64,000 nucleotides of DNA from IMG/VR virus record IMGVR_UViG_3300032266_000637. One strand, written 5' to 3'. This document shows, in pieces, positions 20,481 through 31,264 of this stretch (positions are counted from its first letter, which is position 1; every line of letters starts with the position of its first letter). This DNA comes from an uncultured virus (IMG/VR IMGVR_UViG_3300032266_000637). Lineage: Duplodnaviria; Heunggongvirae; Uroviricota; Caudoviricetes. The notes beneath the pieces were generated by a model. It was not told the origin of the DNA. It did not search any database and saw nothing but the letters and a program-made list of their open reading frames with translations. The position numbers and the translations under genes were made by a program.

Positions 20481-22265
20481 ATGGCAGAAACTACAGCACC
20501 ATTAAGCACGATTACCCCCGAGCAAGCCGCCAGTGAACCAGCATACCAAACTGGCACTAAGGCTAAACCGACCATTACTAACGAAAGCGTTTTAGCTGAG
20601 TTAGAAAACATCTACAAGCAAAGAAAAGCGGAAAAAGAGTATTTCTTAAACCCACTTAAGCAAGCTGCAGTAGGTTGGTGGAACCCACAAGGTCCAGGTG
20701 TTGGTTTACCCTTGGCTGACAGAATGCGCCGTGAAGAAGAGGCTGATTTACAAAAGCTTCAGTCAGACATTGCTACGAGCAAAATTGGTATTGGTCAATT
20801 GCAAAACGCAATGGCTTCTACTCAAGTTGGTGGTGCTCCTCAAACTACAGCACCTAGAATATCTTTAGCTGGTGGTGCTCCTCAAGCTGGTGGAACTAAT
20901 ATTCCGCCAGGGTACAAACCATTTGATGGTAATTGGTATGCTCCAAGAGATCATGCCATTATTATGGGTTTATTAAATCGCCAAGATTTAGCTGGTGCTC
21001 AAAAATATGCAGCAGGTGTTGTTAGTGAAGAAAATAAATTCTTTTTGAATCCAAGTGCATACGAACAAAAAGAGCGTTGGAATGAAGACAAGGGCAGAAA
21101 AGAATACAAGATGCCTATTGAAACTCGTTCGGAGTACTTGGGTGGTGCTCCAAGGGCACCGATGCAACCTAATGCACCTATTGCAGATACTAACACTCAA
21201 GCTGCAATTAGTGCTGGTGTGCCGGTTTTAAGTGGGTATCGCTCAAATGAAAAACAAGCTCAGTTAGTTAATGCTAGTCAACAACCCGGCTACACTGGTC
21301 CTCCCGTAGCCCCCGTTGGTAGAAGTTTGCATCAAAGCGATGAAGCTATTGACGTGCCAGATTACAAAGCGTTAAAACCAGAGCAATTAAAATGGTTGGC
21401 GGATAATGGTTACCGCCGTACTTTACCAGACAAAAGTCCTAATCATTTTGCTAAGATACCTGGTACTGAAGTTAGTTTGGCTACTCAAAAAGCAACATTA
21501 GCTGATGCTCAAACCCCAAGAAGATTTAGTAGTAAAGCAGAGCAAGACGCTTTTGAAAAACAACAAGCTGAATTCTTAACTAAGTCCAGTGGTAAGTCTG
21601 GTGAAAAAGCAGGTGAGCGTCAAGCATTCTTTGAGTCTGCGGCAGCAGAAGCAAATCAAGATTTACAGACAACCAATGTAATGTTAAACATCTTAGACAA
21701 AAACCCAGCGGGTATTGGTTACGGGTATAAAAACAAAGCACTTGGTGCTACCATTGAAGGTGTTAAGTTGCTTACTGGTAAAGACATTGAGCCCCTTGCT
21801 CGTCGTTCTACTCTGTCTAAAGAAGACATGGATGCCAGTATTAAGTTTGACGCTTTGGCAGAACGAAACAATTTAAAATTCCGTCAAGCTGTGTATAAAG
21901 GTACTGGTCAAGTTTCTGACTTTGAAACCAAGCTTTCTGAACGAGCTTCTGGTTTGTCTCGTGACAACAGCGTTGAAGCTAACCGCTTCTTTGCTACTGT
22001 TGCCGCAGAAAACTTTAGGACGCTTGATAAGTTGGGTACTCAATGGCAAGATTATCAGAAGAGAAACCCCGGCGCAACATTTGACAAGTTTGAACAATCT
22101 ACTGAATTTAAGAGTGCTCAAAGAGAACGTGAGCAACGTTTGAGTAGATACTTCCCAGAGTTAAGCACAGGCGAAACTGCATTTGGTGGATCAAAACCAA
22201 GTGCTGGGGCAAGTAGTCAAGAAGTAGAAGGTTGGAAACAACGCTATGGAAGAAAGCCACAATAA
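20481..22265 (+). CDS. putative ejection protein with peptidase M15-like domain
   Basis: SGYRSNEKQ...VAPVGRSLHQSDEAIDV...PNHF. Confidence 0.6.
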   Translation: MAETTAPLSTITPEQAASEPAYQTGTKAKPTITNESVLAELENIYKQRKAEKEYFLNPLKQAAVGWWNPQGPGVGLPLADRMRREEEADLQKLQSDIATSKIGIGQLQNAMASTQVGGAPQTTAPRISLAGGAPQAGGTNIPPGYKPFDGNWYAPRDHAIIMGLLNRQDLAGAQKYAAGVVSEENKFFLNPSAYEQKERWNEDKGRKEYKMPIETRSEYLGGAPRAPMQPNAPIADTNTQAAISAGVPVLSGYRSNEKQAQLVNASQQPGYTGPPVAPVGRSLHQSDEAIDVPDYKALKPEQLKWLADNGYRRTLPDKSPNHFAKIPGTEVSLATQKATLADAQTPRRFSSKAEQDAFEKQQAEFLTKSSGKSGEKAGERQAFFESAAAEANQDLQTTNVMLNILDKNPAGIGYGYKNKALGATIEGVKLLTGKDIEPLARRSTLSKEDMDASIKFDALAERNNLKFRQAVYKGTGQVSDFETKLSERASGLSRDNSVEANRFFATVAAENFRTLDKLGTQWQDYQKRNPGATFDKFEQSTEFKSAQREREQRLSRYFPELSTGETAFGGSKPSAGASSQEVEGWKQRYGRKPQ

Positions 22266-23194
22266 TGTCTAAACAGCAAGAAATTCAAGAGTTGTATGGT
22301 TTATTGCGTTCAGCCGATGCTAAAGCACAAGCTGGTGATACACAAGCTCAAGCTGATGCACAAGGAATCTATGATCACATTCAATCATTAGAAGCTCAAG
22401 CTAATGAGCAAAAAGCGGGGGAGTACCCTTCAGTAGTTGCCGCTGGTTTGGGCGTTGGTACAAAAGCCGTTATTGGTGCAGGTAAAAGAATTAATGAGTT
22501 TTCTAAAGCGGGACAGTATGCTAAAGAAGCAATGCAAGCACAAAAGTCACAAGCTGAAATTTTAGCTGAAATTTTAAAAGACAAAAAAGTTCAAGAATCT
22601 ATTCGTGGCGTTACGGATCCCAATGGGGGAACAAGCTGGACAAAAAAGCTGGCTGGCATTGCACCTCCGGGTTCCAATATGTCTAAAGGTAGTTTGCAAA
22701 CTGCTGAAGATTTAAAATCCATTGTAGCTCGTGGTGGTCCGCTTGCTGGTGGCAGTATTCATGCTGAGTCTTTTGCAGTTCCTCCAGATCCAAAGGCTGA
22801 GAAGGCTGCCCAAATGGAAAAAATGCTCAGAGAAAGAAGCATGATGGGTAAGTTGGGTAAATACGGAAGTGCTATCAGCAATACCGTTGGTCCCGTGCTT
22901 AACAAAGCAATGCCTTGGATGAACGCTGCCACACTGCCACTAAACGCCGCTGAAACATATAACCGATATACTGGTGAAGATCCTATTGGTGCTGGCATTA
23001 GTGCAATCGGTACTGCGACTGGTGCCGCTTCTTTATATCCTCCATTGACCGTCCCCGCTGGCTTGGTTTCATTAGGCGCGGCTGGTACAAACTGGGCTCG
23101 TGATGAGTATTTAAAGCGCAGAGGTCAGCCACAAATGGGCAATGAGCAACAACCCCCACAATACGCAACTGGTGGTTTAGTTTACTTAAGGTAA
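22265..23194 (+). CDS. putative internal virion protein
   Basis: TAATG coupling (MSKQQEIQ); C-terminal hydrophobic helices; ends YATGGLVYLR. Confidence 0.5.
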   Translation: MSKQQEIQELYGLLRSADAKAQAGDTQAQADAQGIYDHIQSLEAQANEQKAGEYPSVVAAGLGVGTKAVIGAGKRINEFSKAGQYAKEAMQAQKSQAEILAEILKDKKVQESIRGVTDPNGGTSWTKKLAGIAPPGSNMSKGSLQTAEDLKSIVARGGPLAGGSIHAESFAVPPDPKAEKAAQMEKMLRERSMMGKLGKYGSAISNTVGPVLNKAMPWMNAATLPLNAAETYNRYTGEDPIGAGISAIGTATGAASLYPPLTVPAGLVSLGAAGTNWARDEYLKRRGQPQMGNEQQPPQYATGGLVYLR

Positions 23195-23197
23195 TTC

Positions 23198-26100
23198 ATG
23201 GCATACATTGATCCAGTAACTGGTGCTTATGTTGAGGACGGATTAGACGCATTACCGCCGGGTTACAATCGACCCAAGCCTACTGATGCGGCTAGTATTG
23301 CTAGAATGCGAGCGCAACTAAACAGCGAAGAGGCAATGCGTCAGCAACAGCTTAACGCTCAAACAAAAGACAGATACCTATCTAGCCCCGCTGGATTGGT
23401 TAAGTACGCCTATGAACATATGCCAGGGGCTCCGATTGCTCAAGCTGCCTTGGGTGCGGCTTCAGATATGTTTGGCGGATTGCTTGGCATGTACTACGGT
23501 GCGGGTAAGGGGATTGGTTCTGCAATAACAGGAAATAATCAACCAGTTAGTAAACCCTATGCTGACATTGAAAATGTTGCTCAAGCATTACATTACACGC
23601 CTCCTACACAAGCTGGTCGTGATATTTATGAAGCTATTAATAAGGCGCCACAAGTAGTCACTGGTTCGCACATGGGCATGGGACCATTGCCAGAATTGTG
23701 GAATACTCGCATTCGCTTTACTCCAGATGGTCTTCGTGTTGCTGGTAAAACAGCCATTGAAGACATCCGCAATCTACCGATGGACTACATGAACGCTCGT
23801 GCTGGATTACAGCGTGAGTATCCCACCATGGGTTCTAGACTGGCCGGCACCACTGAAGCCGCTGGCAATGTAGCTCGTCCACTTGCTGAAAAAGCATACG
23901 ACATGTACATGAACCCAAGCAATGCCGAATCCTTCGGTATCAATCCCGTATCAAACCTTAGTGGTTTAGCTCCCGCTGGTGGTCCAATGTACGCTGTCAA
24001 ACCAAAGGGTGGTAACTGGCCAACCAATTTGGGGGCTACTAAGCCGTTAGCAGAGCAAGGTGAACTTGGTAGACATTTATCTGAAGTGCAATACAACGAT
24101 CCTATAGCTGCTTTTCAAACTCAAATAAATAAACACTTTCAAAATCCAACACAAAATCGTGAATTGGCAGATAAATGGCGCGATTTTTTAACTGACTATC
24201 TAATAAAACATGAAAATGATGTAACTAAATCAGCAAATGATTTAAAAAAAGAAGCAGCAGATAAATTTGTTGAACAATACAATAATTTAGTTCATTCTAT
24301 AAATTATGGGTTACCGCCTGAAGCCGAACACGAAAGAATTTTACGTTCTTCAAGTGAAATTGAACAAACATTACCTCTCTATAACTCATGGGTAATGGGT
24401 CCATACCAAAAATACATTACCAATCAGATGGCTACTGGTTTGGCAACAGATCCTTTACTACAAGCAGTCAACGAAAGTGGTATGCCCCCCCATGAAATAT
24501 TTGGGCAACAAACACCTAGGGATTATGAAATAGAAAGCACAACAAAACGTGCTGCTCAAAGAAGAAAAGATTTTCCAGATACAATGTTTGGTTACAAAGA
24601 TACGCCAGAAAAAATGGCTGCTTTAGAAAATTCTCCAATTGGGAAACTAACAGCAACTACCCCAGAGGGGATGGATTATGAAAACTATTTGGACGCTTCT
24701 TTGTATCCTAAAGTTCCATCTTTATTTAAACCAGAAGCTGGGTACCCAGTTTCAGCTAAATTAGATAGAAATACATTAATTTCTGATTTTTTAACTGATC
24801 CCGAAGATCGCACTGGATTTAAAGAAATCAGAAAACAAGTTTTTGAAGATTTAATTTCTGGTAAAATTAGTCCAGATAAGTTGTCTAATGTCACACCCGC
24901 TACAGTAACTCGCCAAATGATTAAAGACAAAATGGCAGAGTTTAAAGAGCAACAGTTAAGCAAACAAGCTGCAGCGGATTGGATTCCAAAACGTGCTGCA
25001 GCAATGCCAACCGATATGGCGTTTGATGATGGTTCTAAAATGACCATTATCACACCAGAGATGGCAAACGCTGATGAAAACATGACTGCCCGTGATTTAG
25101 GTCAAATTACAATTGACTTAAATCAATGTATTGGTGCTGGTTGTCATGGTACTCAAGATTACCCCGGTCATGGCCCATATGTAGTACCGCACACTGGCAA
25201 ACCCCCTCGTGGCAAAGTACAGTATGATAATTACGGATATTTAAAACGCCTTAAAAATGGCGACATTGAAGTTGCAAGTTTAAAAGATCCAGAAGGCGTA
25301 TCACAAGTCACTATTGATTTAAAATTGAACGAGCAAAGATTATCAGATTACGACAAAGATAAAATTGTTAATCAATGGATTAAAGACAACGCGCCAGATT
25401 TTAAAGATGAATACGACACTAATGTGGAAAAGTTTGGAGAAAGAGCAGCTCTTAACAATGCGTTACAAAATTATCCAGAATTAAACAATGTTTTGAAAAA
25501 TGCAACGCCTATTAAAAAATCTATTCAGCAAATGAAAGGTGAAAATAACGGCAATGTTAAAGGAAAGTATGTTTCGCATACGGTTGAATGGTTAAATAAA
25601 AATGCTGATCAATTAACTGATGTTCGTGATCTAGATAAATTACCCGGCGTGCATGATTTAAGTCGTTCATATGATTCTGTTGGTAAAATGGTTGATCAAC
25701 ACCCTCACTGGGATGCGGATACTGTTGAAAAGTTTTTTGATGAAATGGAATATCAAAAAGCTCTCCCAAGGTTTTTTACAACAGATGATTTTGCTTTAAA
25801 AGCCACCGAGCGTGGTGTTGATTTATCGGCTTCTCCAGAGTATTCAGGCAACACACCGACATTAGAGCAAGAAGCTTATCAAAAATTAAGTATAGAACTT
25901 CGTAAAACTTATGGGGATGTTTACCTTCAAGAATTTGAAAGAGGTGATGCTGATGTACGACAATCTATTATTAATGACATAGATTCTTTTCCGAGTCAAT
26001 ATGGTATGGGTAAATTTGGGGAACACACTCGGCAAATGGCTATTCAACGTTTGTTAAACGATGGTTTGTACACACCCGGTCGTGAATTAGAAAATGTGGC

Positions 26101-26722
26101 GCAACAATTTGAAGTGGAACCTACTCCATTTGATCAAGTTAATGCTATAAGACAACAAGCTTATGAAAATCTTAGTGAAACAATTATCAGATTAGCTCCG
26201 CAAGCTTTTGAGCAACTTAGAGATAATTTATATATAAGACAAGCTTTTGCTGATGTTGTAAGAGCGGATCCAGCTATGTATGGTTTAACTAATTATTCGC
26301 CAGGTTTACGAGAGCGCATTATTGATAGATTTGCAAGAGAAGGTTTTGCACCAGAACCAGAGGTAGAAGAACAATTACCATTTGATAGACCTGAATTCCC
26401 AGACGCTCTTACTCAAAATATGAGTGATTATTTTGAAGGTAGAGCTCATAATCTTCCGGAGGATATGATTGAACCATATGCTACAGAAACTAGGATTTTA
26501 ATGGGTAGTCAAAGACCGGAAGCTCGTTTACCAATTGGTGTGCATCGTGTAATTGTTGACGCTTTATTAGATCAAGACAACCGCACCAATGTTATTCGTC
26601 GAGCAATATCTGGATTGCAAATGGCAAATGCGGTTAATGGTATTCAACTAACTCTACCACAAGCAGAAAACGCTCTGAATATATTGATTGATTGGACAGA
26701 ACGTTATCCGCTTAATGAGTAA
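23198..26722 (+). CDS. large internal virion protein with possible PcfJ-like domain
   Basis: 1174 aa; LNQCIG...VASLKDPEGVSQVTI...IQQMKGENN. Confidence 0.45.
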   Translation: MAYIDPVTGAYVEDGLDALPPGYNRPKPTDAASIARMRAQLNSEEAMRQQQLNAQTKDRYLSSPAGLVKYAYEHMPGAPIAQAALGAASDMFGGLLGMYYGAGKGIGSAITGNNQPVSKPYADIENVAQALHYTPPTQAGRDIYEAINKAPQVVTGSHMGMGPLPELWNTRIRFTPDGLRVAGKTAIEDIRNLPMDYMNARAGLQREYPTMGSRLAGTTEAAGNVARPLAEKAYDMYMNPSNAESFGINPVSNLSGLAPAGGPMYAVKPKGGNWPTNLGATKPLAEQGELGRHLSEVQYNDPIAAFQTQINKHFQNPTQNRELADKWRDFLTDYLIKHENDVTKSANDLKKEAADKFVEQYNNLVHSINYGLPPEAEHERILRSSSEIEQTLPLYNSWVMGPYQKYITNQMATGLATDPLLQAVNESGMPPHEIFGQQTPRDYEIESTTKRAAQRRKDFPDTMFGYKDTPEKMAALENSPIGKLTATTPEGMDYENYLDASLYPKVPSLFKPEAGYPVSAKLDRNTLISDFLTDPEDRTGFKEIRKQVFEDLISGKISPDKLSNVTPATVTRQMIKDKMAEFKEQQLSKQAAADWIPKRAAAMPTDMAFDDGSKMTIITPEMANADENMTARDLGQITIDLNQCIGAGCHGTQDYPGHGPYVVPHTGKPPRGKVQYDNYGYLKRLKNGDIEVASLKDPEGVSQVTIDLKLNEQRLSDYDKDKIVNQWIKDNAPDFKDEYDTNVEKFGERAALNNALQNYPELNNVLKNATPIKKSIQQMKGENNGNVKGKYVSHTVEWLNKNADQLTDVRDLDKLPGVHDLSRSYDSVGKMVDQHPHWDADTVEKFFDEMEYQKALPRFFTTDDFALKATERGVDLSASPEYSGNTPTLEQEAYQKLSIELRKTYGDVYLQEFERGDADVRQSIINDIDSFPSQYGMGKFGEHTRQMAIQRLLNDGLYTPGRELENVAQQFEVEPTPFDQVNAIRQQAYENLSETIIRLAPQAFEQLRDNLYIRQAFADVVRADPAMYGLTNYSPGLRERIIDRFAREGFAPEPEVEEQLPFDRPEFPDALTQNMSDYFEGRAHNLPEDMIEPYATETRILMGSQRPEARLPIGVHRVIVDALLDQDNRTNVIRRAISGLQMANAVNGIQLTLPQAENALNILIDWTERYPLNE

Positions 26723-28651
26723 TTACTTCCTGTAACGCTTATCAACCCAACCCTCCGCCGCTAGTGGGAAGTCTTGCGCCCACTTTGGTGGAGTGGTCAT
26801 AATCGAAGTCACAGTAGCAAGTGTCTCCTCGCCCTTATCCTCATCTGCCAACATTAGGACTTCGTCATGGATCAAATTGATAACTTCAAATCCAGCCGTC
26901 TCGAGGGACAGCGTACACTCGGCGAGTATATCTCTAGCCGTGCCTTGAACAGCGGATTGGAAAATACTGGATCCAATCAAACTGTTTCTACCCCACTGAC
27001 GAGTGAAAGTGTTTTGATTGCGGACAGTGATGCCGTCACGCTGAGCACCCCATGGAGTCAGTTGCTTCTCGACCTTGGGATCACGCCAACAGATAAGCCT
27101 CCCACTTGGTAATCGCATCCATAGTGCGTCCTTAGTAAACTTAAATAGGAGTTTACCCGTTTGGAATGCTTGACCTGGGTGATTGACAGCTTGCATAGCA
27201 CTTTGTTCACACTCGTACCAGCAACTCTTTACCTTAGCATAAGACGAGCGGTAAGCATCTACAGCCTCCCTACTCTGTCCTTCTGACAGTTTAACCCCCA
27301 TCCCCTCAGCATACTTCACCAAGCCTTTATACCCCTGACCAAACATGCATCCCAAAACGGCTGATTTTGATATCTGGCGTTGATCCTTCGTGACTTGATC
27401 ATAAGGGACTCTGTATAGGCTTTCTGAAGCGAAGACTTTATACTCATCTAATCCTTCTCTAAAGAGTTGTACTTTGTCATTTTGGCCTGCCAAATAGACT
27501 CCGACTCGGTTTTCAATTGAGCTAAAATCCACGTCAACGAAGGTTTTTGTTGAAGGAGCCACAATTGCACTTCGGACGAGGGAGGACAGTTGAAGCATCG
27601 AACCCACCCCAGTCCCAAAGACAACTGGTATTGCCTCGTTAATCTCGTCCTCAGAGATGGTGGGGCGAGCAATATTCTGCAGATTAAGTCCGCCACGGCT
27701 TGCCCAGCGACCTGTACTAGCACCATGATATACCAGTGTATTCCTAATCCGTCCTTCACGTTGTATCTCCATCATCTTAGCATACTTAGCCACGCTAGTT
27801 TGGCTTCCTTCTTGTCTTAGCTCCAATGCTCTACGCACATTAGGTTTTAAATTGGTGCGTTGCAACATGGCTGTAACCATCTCAGCAGTCATGTTGGACA
27901 TATCCATACCATGGGCATTTAACCAACCCAGCAGTTTATCCCTCTCAGACGCTCTAAAACCCGTCAAGGCGACGCATTCGTTGTCAATGGCATCCTGTGC
28001 CCTTGCCACAGCTAGGACAGCGTTGTGGAGCTCATTAAAATCCACAGGAACGCCTCTAAGGTTGATCCGTTGGGTAGCCTCCCAGACCTCCTGTTCAACC
28101 TCTGTAAGCCCCCTTAAAACGCTTCCTATAGCCATTTCTGTGCGTACGTCTTGGGTACAGTACTCAAACAACTGAGCCATCAATTCGGGGTCTTCGTTAA
28201 ATAGCCCTTTTGTATTGGGTTTGGACAGCTTCATAATAAGTCTCTTACCAATAGGGTCTTTCTTATATTCAGCATTGAGAAATGCACCAGCCTCATCTAA
28301 GCTTTGTGGCACATTATTGCAAGCTGCAATAGCCATGGTGTCAATGCACTGGGATAGCTTAAGTGGAGGCCAGCCGTACTTAGGCACACAAACACAGTTC
28401 CAGATGGCGTACTCAAACATGGCGTTCCATGCTTGGATTTTGCCACCATACTTAACGTGTTCTAATAAATTGATAAAACTAATTTGGGATAAAAGAGGGT
28501 CTTTACTAACGTGACTGACATGAACATTGTCAATTGTGTCGCCGTACGCAATACACAACACTTCTGTGCTGGGGTCGTTGGCGTAGATGTCTAGCCCTTG
28601 TTCGGCTAGATCGATGGTGCTGCGTGTTTCAAAGTCAATGCTATAAATCAT
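26723..28651 (-). CDS. polA: DNA polymerase family A (3'-5' exonuclease + polymerase)
   Basis: DFETRS exo I, DFSSIENR motif A, RQISKSAVLGCMFG motif B, IHDEV motif C; GGAG RBS before ATG 28651. Confidence 0.93.
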   Translation of the reverse strand: MIYSIDFETRSTIDLAEQGLDIYANDPSTEVLCIAYGDTIDNVHVSHVSKDPLLSQISFINLLEHVKYGGKIQAWNAMFEYAIWNCVCVPKYGWPPLKLSQCIDTMAIAACNNVPQSLDEAGAFLNAEYKKDPIGKRLIMKLSKPNTKGLFNEDPELMAQLFEYCTQDVRTEMAIGSVLRGLTEVEQEVWEATQRINLRGVPVDFNELHNAVLAVARAQDAIDNECVALTGFRASERDKLLGWLNAHGMDMSNMTAEMVTAMLQRTNLKPNVRRALELRQEGSQTSVAKYAKMMEIQREGRIRNTLVYHGASTGRWASRGGLNLQNIARPTISEDEINEAIPVVFGTGVGSMLQLSSLVRSAIVAPSTKTFVDVDFSSIENRVGVYLAGQNDKVQLFREGLDEYKVFASESLYRVPYDQVTKDQRQISKSAVLGCMFGQGYKGLVKYAEGMGVKLSEGQSREAVDAYRSSYAKVKSCWYECEQSAMQAVNHPGQAFQTGKLLFKFTKDALWMRLPSGRLICWRDPKVEKQLTPWGAQRDGITVRNQNTFTRQWGRNSLIGSSIFQSAVQGTARDILAECTLSLETAGFEVINLIHDEVLMLADEDKGEETLATVTSIMTTPPKWAQDFPLAAEGWVDKRYRK

Positions 28652-28681
28652 AAGTGCTCCTTGGGCAACCGACGTATCGGC

Positions 28682-28707
28682 AAAAAAGGGGGCCTTACGG
28701 CGCCCCC
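28682..28707 (-). terminator. intrinsic terminator after RNR
   Basis: GGGGGCGCC-GTAA-GGCCCCC-TTTTTT on minus strand. Confidence 0.7.
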
Positions 28708-28732
28708 AAACCAACCACCATGTAAAATTTAA

Positions 28733-30607
28733 TTATATCTCACAACTTCCTGCACTGCAAGCTAACATCTGCGCACCTTCTACGTTGTCCGTGTTTTCTT
28801 TGAGGTCGAGCCAGTTGACTTGCGGGATTTTGGCTTTGAGTTCGTTGTACTCTTGTTCGGTGCACTCTTCGTACGGGGCTTGACGGTAGGTTCCGCCGTC
28901 GTAGGGGAGGTAGCTGACGCCGCTGATTTCACTAAAGTTTTCCCACGTCCATGCGCCGACTGCGGGCCAGTCCTTTTCCTCCACAGAGATGGTGACGGAC
29001 GGTTTGTGTTCGCACCAATAGCGTTGGTACGTAAGCCACAAAGCCAAGTGGCTAATCGGAGTAACATCCGAGCGTACCAAGCCGTCAGGCGCTCTTTGAG
29101 GGAAACTAAATACGGTTGTTTGGGTGGGTTTGTAGACGCAATCTTCATTGGGCACTCCTTGGTTAATTAAGAATTCGGTGAGAGGGTCTTTCTTATCTCC
29201 TCTAACTCGGCGGATGTAGAACTTAGAATGTCTTGGGTGGATTCCAGAAGCACTATCAACGAGTTGGCTGACGGTGCCTGATGGCTTGACGCAAGTAATT
29301 GAAGCACTCGTAGGTACTCCAAGCAATGCTGCAAATTCCTCATTGGTTCTTCTAGACTCCTCTCGAAGTTCGGTAAGTAAGGCATTTAACTCTTCTCCTT
29401 GCGTGGTGAGTAATGGGTTGTCGTAAATTCCGGTGAGGGAAACTCCGAGTAAGCGTTCTTCCTCGGTATTGCGTTGCCACACCTTTCGCAAGTAAGGGAA
29501 TTTTGTGAAGGTACTTTGGATTGTACCAAGGATGGTGGCAAGCCGCACCTTACGCAGTAATGTTTCTTTGGTGTCATCATGACGCACTACTACCTCGCTA
29601 AGGTTGCAGAATTGGTAAGGCCGAAGTACAATTTCTGAGCATGGGTTAGTTCCGAATTCAAAATTAGGATCACGGTGACTGTACTTTTCCACGGTTTTAC
29701 GCGCAGCCTCACGGTTGAATATCCCCCGTTCTCCGCTGTGTGAATTGTATAGAGAAAGCCATTCTTCCATAAACTTTCCAACGGTAGGTGTCTCATTATA
29801 AACTGCGCTATTGTTGGCGAGTGCACGGTGAGGTGCAGTATCCCACCATGGACCAGCTTTAGCATGACGAATCCTTTCATCATCAAGATCAGACAACGAG
29901 ATCATTGCAGAGCGACGTACGCCACCCACTACAACCACCTCACCAATTTTACACATTAGGTCGTGGCACTCTAAGCTATTTAGCTTGCGACCCTTAGCGT
30001 GTTTAAATGTAGCTACTACAAATTCAAACAGATCAATTAGTGGTTGCGGCCCGGAAGCTCTTCCACCAAATGTTTTGAGTCGTGCTCCGGCAGGTCTAAC
30101 ATTGCTGACATCCCACTTTGGGATTTCTCCGGCCCAGAGGTTGGCGAGGAGTAGACGCAATGATTTTGCCCATCCTTCTTTGGAATCGTGCACGGCAATG
30201 GTATGTTCGGAATCGAATAAACGGTCTGGCACTTCCGGCAACTGACTAATATATTTTGACTCGACTGAGAAACCAACTCCAGTGCCACACAAGAGGATAA
30301 ACATCGCTTCGTCAAACGATTTTGGATCATCCACTGGGAGATAACTGCAGTTATAGACGCAAGTATTGTCACGATCGGCACTCTTTCCTGCTGTCATCAT
30401 GGCACGCATGGACGGCATAAGTTCTAGGTTTTTAATTGCGGAGAATAATTCTTCTTTCAACGCAGAATTTGCGGAGATTGCGGGGGTTCGGGTGAAGATG
30501 TAATTGATAAATCGTTGTACTGTTTCGTCCCAAGTTTCACGACGACCTTTGTCATCTTGGTAACGTGCATACCGACTGGCTGCGATATATTCTTGGTATT
30601 GATCCAA
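28733..30607 (-). CDS. nrdJ: class II (B12-dependent) ribonucleotide reductase
   Basis: YNCSY, VVVGGVRRSA, GTNPCSEI, FCNLSE, TCVKPSGT, C-terminal CSAGSCEI; no nrdB partner seen. Confidence 0.92.
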   Translation of the reverse strand: MDQYQEYIAASRYARYQDDKGRRETWDETVQRFINYIFTRTPAISANSALKEELFSAIKNLELMPSMRAMMTAGKSADRDNTCVYNCSYLPVDDPKSFDEAMFILLCGTGVGFSVESKYISQLPEVPDRLFDSEHTIAVHDSKEGWAKSLRLLLANLWAGEIPKWDVSNVRPAGARLKTFGGRASGPQPLIDLFEFVVATFKHAKGRKLNSLECHDLMCKIGEVVVVGGVRRSAMISLSDLDDERIRHAKAGPWWDTAPHRALANNSAVYNETPTVGKFMEEWLSLYNSHSGERGIFNREAARKTVEKYSHRDPNFEFGTNPCSEIVLRPYQFCNLSEVVVRHDDTKETLLRKVRLATILGTIQSTFTKFPYLRKVWQRNTEEERLLGVSLTGIYDNPLLTTQGEELNALLTELREESRRTNEEFAALLGVPTSASITCVKPSGTVSQLVDSASGIHPRHSKFYIRRVRGDKKDPLTEFLINQGVPNEDCVYKPTQTTVFSFPQRAPDGLVRSDVTPISHLALWLTYQRYWCEHKPSVTISVEEKDWPAVGAWTWENFSEISGVSYLPYDGGTYRQAPYEECTEQEYNELKAKIPQVNWLDLKENTDNVEGAQMLACSAGSCEI

Positions 30608-30637
30608 AATTGTTCTCTTTTATTGTTATTAAGTTGG

Positions 30638-30668
30638 AAAAAACGCCCCACCAGACTGCAGTGGGGCG
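30638..30668 (-). terminator. intrinsic terminator after SSB
   Basis: CGCCCCAC/GTGGGGCG stem followed by T6 on minus strand. Confidence 0.75.
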
Positions 30669-30692
30669 AACGTACTACACAAGGAACACTAC

Positions 30693-31211
30693 TTAAACTG
30701 CGAAGTCTACTGCTGCGGATACACCGCCACCACCTAAACGCTCACCTTCTTCGAGCTTCTGAATATTGCCTAAACCGCAAGCAATACCTTTAGCACCTTC
30801 TACGTTGTATGGGTAGAACTCAATTGCTACACGACCATAACAACCCGAATACAACTCATCTGGATCCAAGATTGGATTCATATCAGCGTCAACTACACCT
30901 GGACGCTTGGCTGAGTTTGCGTTGATAAACATGCAACCAGCGTATTCTGCTTCTTCCTTCTCAGCGTCACCATCACGCAAACCGCCTTTGAGCAATTTGG
31001 GTACTGTGCCACCAAAGTATGCGGCTGAATTGGCTTTTGCCTCTTCAAACGCTTTGGTTACTTTTGTGATTGTTTCCTTGTCAGTCTTTGGGATAAGAAT
31101 AGATACGCCATACTTACCGACAGTACCATCTTCTTTTACTTGTGGTTGAAACGCATATACATAAGATAAGCGTACTTTACCAGTTACTACACGAGGGTTC
31201 TTTGTTGCCAT
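30693..31211 (-). CDS. ssDNA-binding protein (DUF2815 / T7 gp2.5-like)
   Basis: VRLSYVYAF.P, LRDGD, YSGCYGR, GIACGLGNIQK. Confidence 0.88.
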   Translation of the reverse strand: MATKNPRVVTGKVRLSYVYAFQPQVKEDGTVGKYGVSILIPKTDKETITKVTKAFEEAKANSAAYFGGTVPKLLKGGLRDGDAEKEEAEYAGCMFINANSAKRPGVVDADMNPILDPDELYSGCYGRVAIEFYPYNVEGAKGIACGLGNIQKLEEGERLGGGGVSAAVDFAV

Positions 31212-31264
31212 TTTCTGATTTCCTTTTTTACTGTTTCATGATTAGATTTAAACGGCTCTAATCT

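Noticed and set aside
28652..28714. N-terminal extension of PolA in the ORF track
   Set aside because: Spans a terminator hairpin; the ATG at 28651 has a GGAG RBS and directly precedes the exonuclease motif
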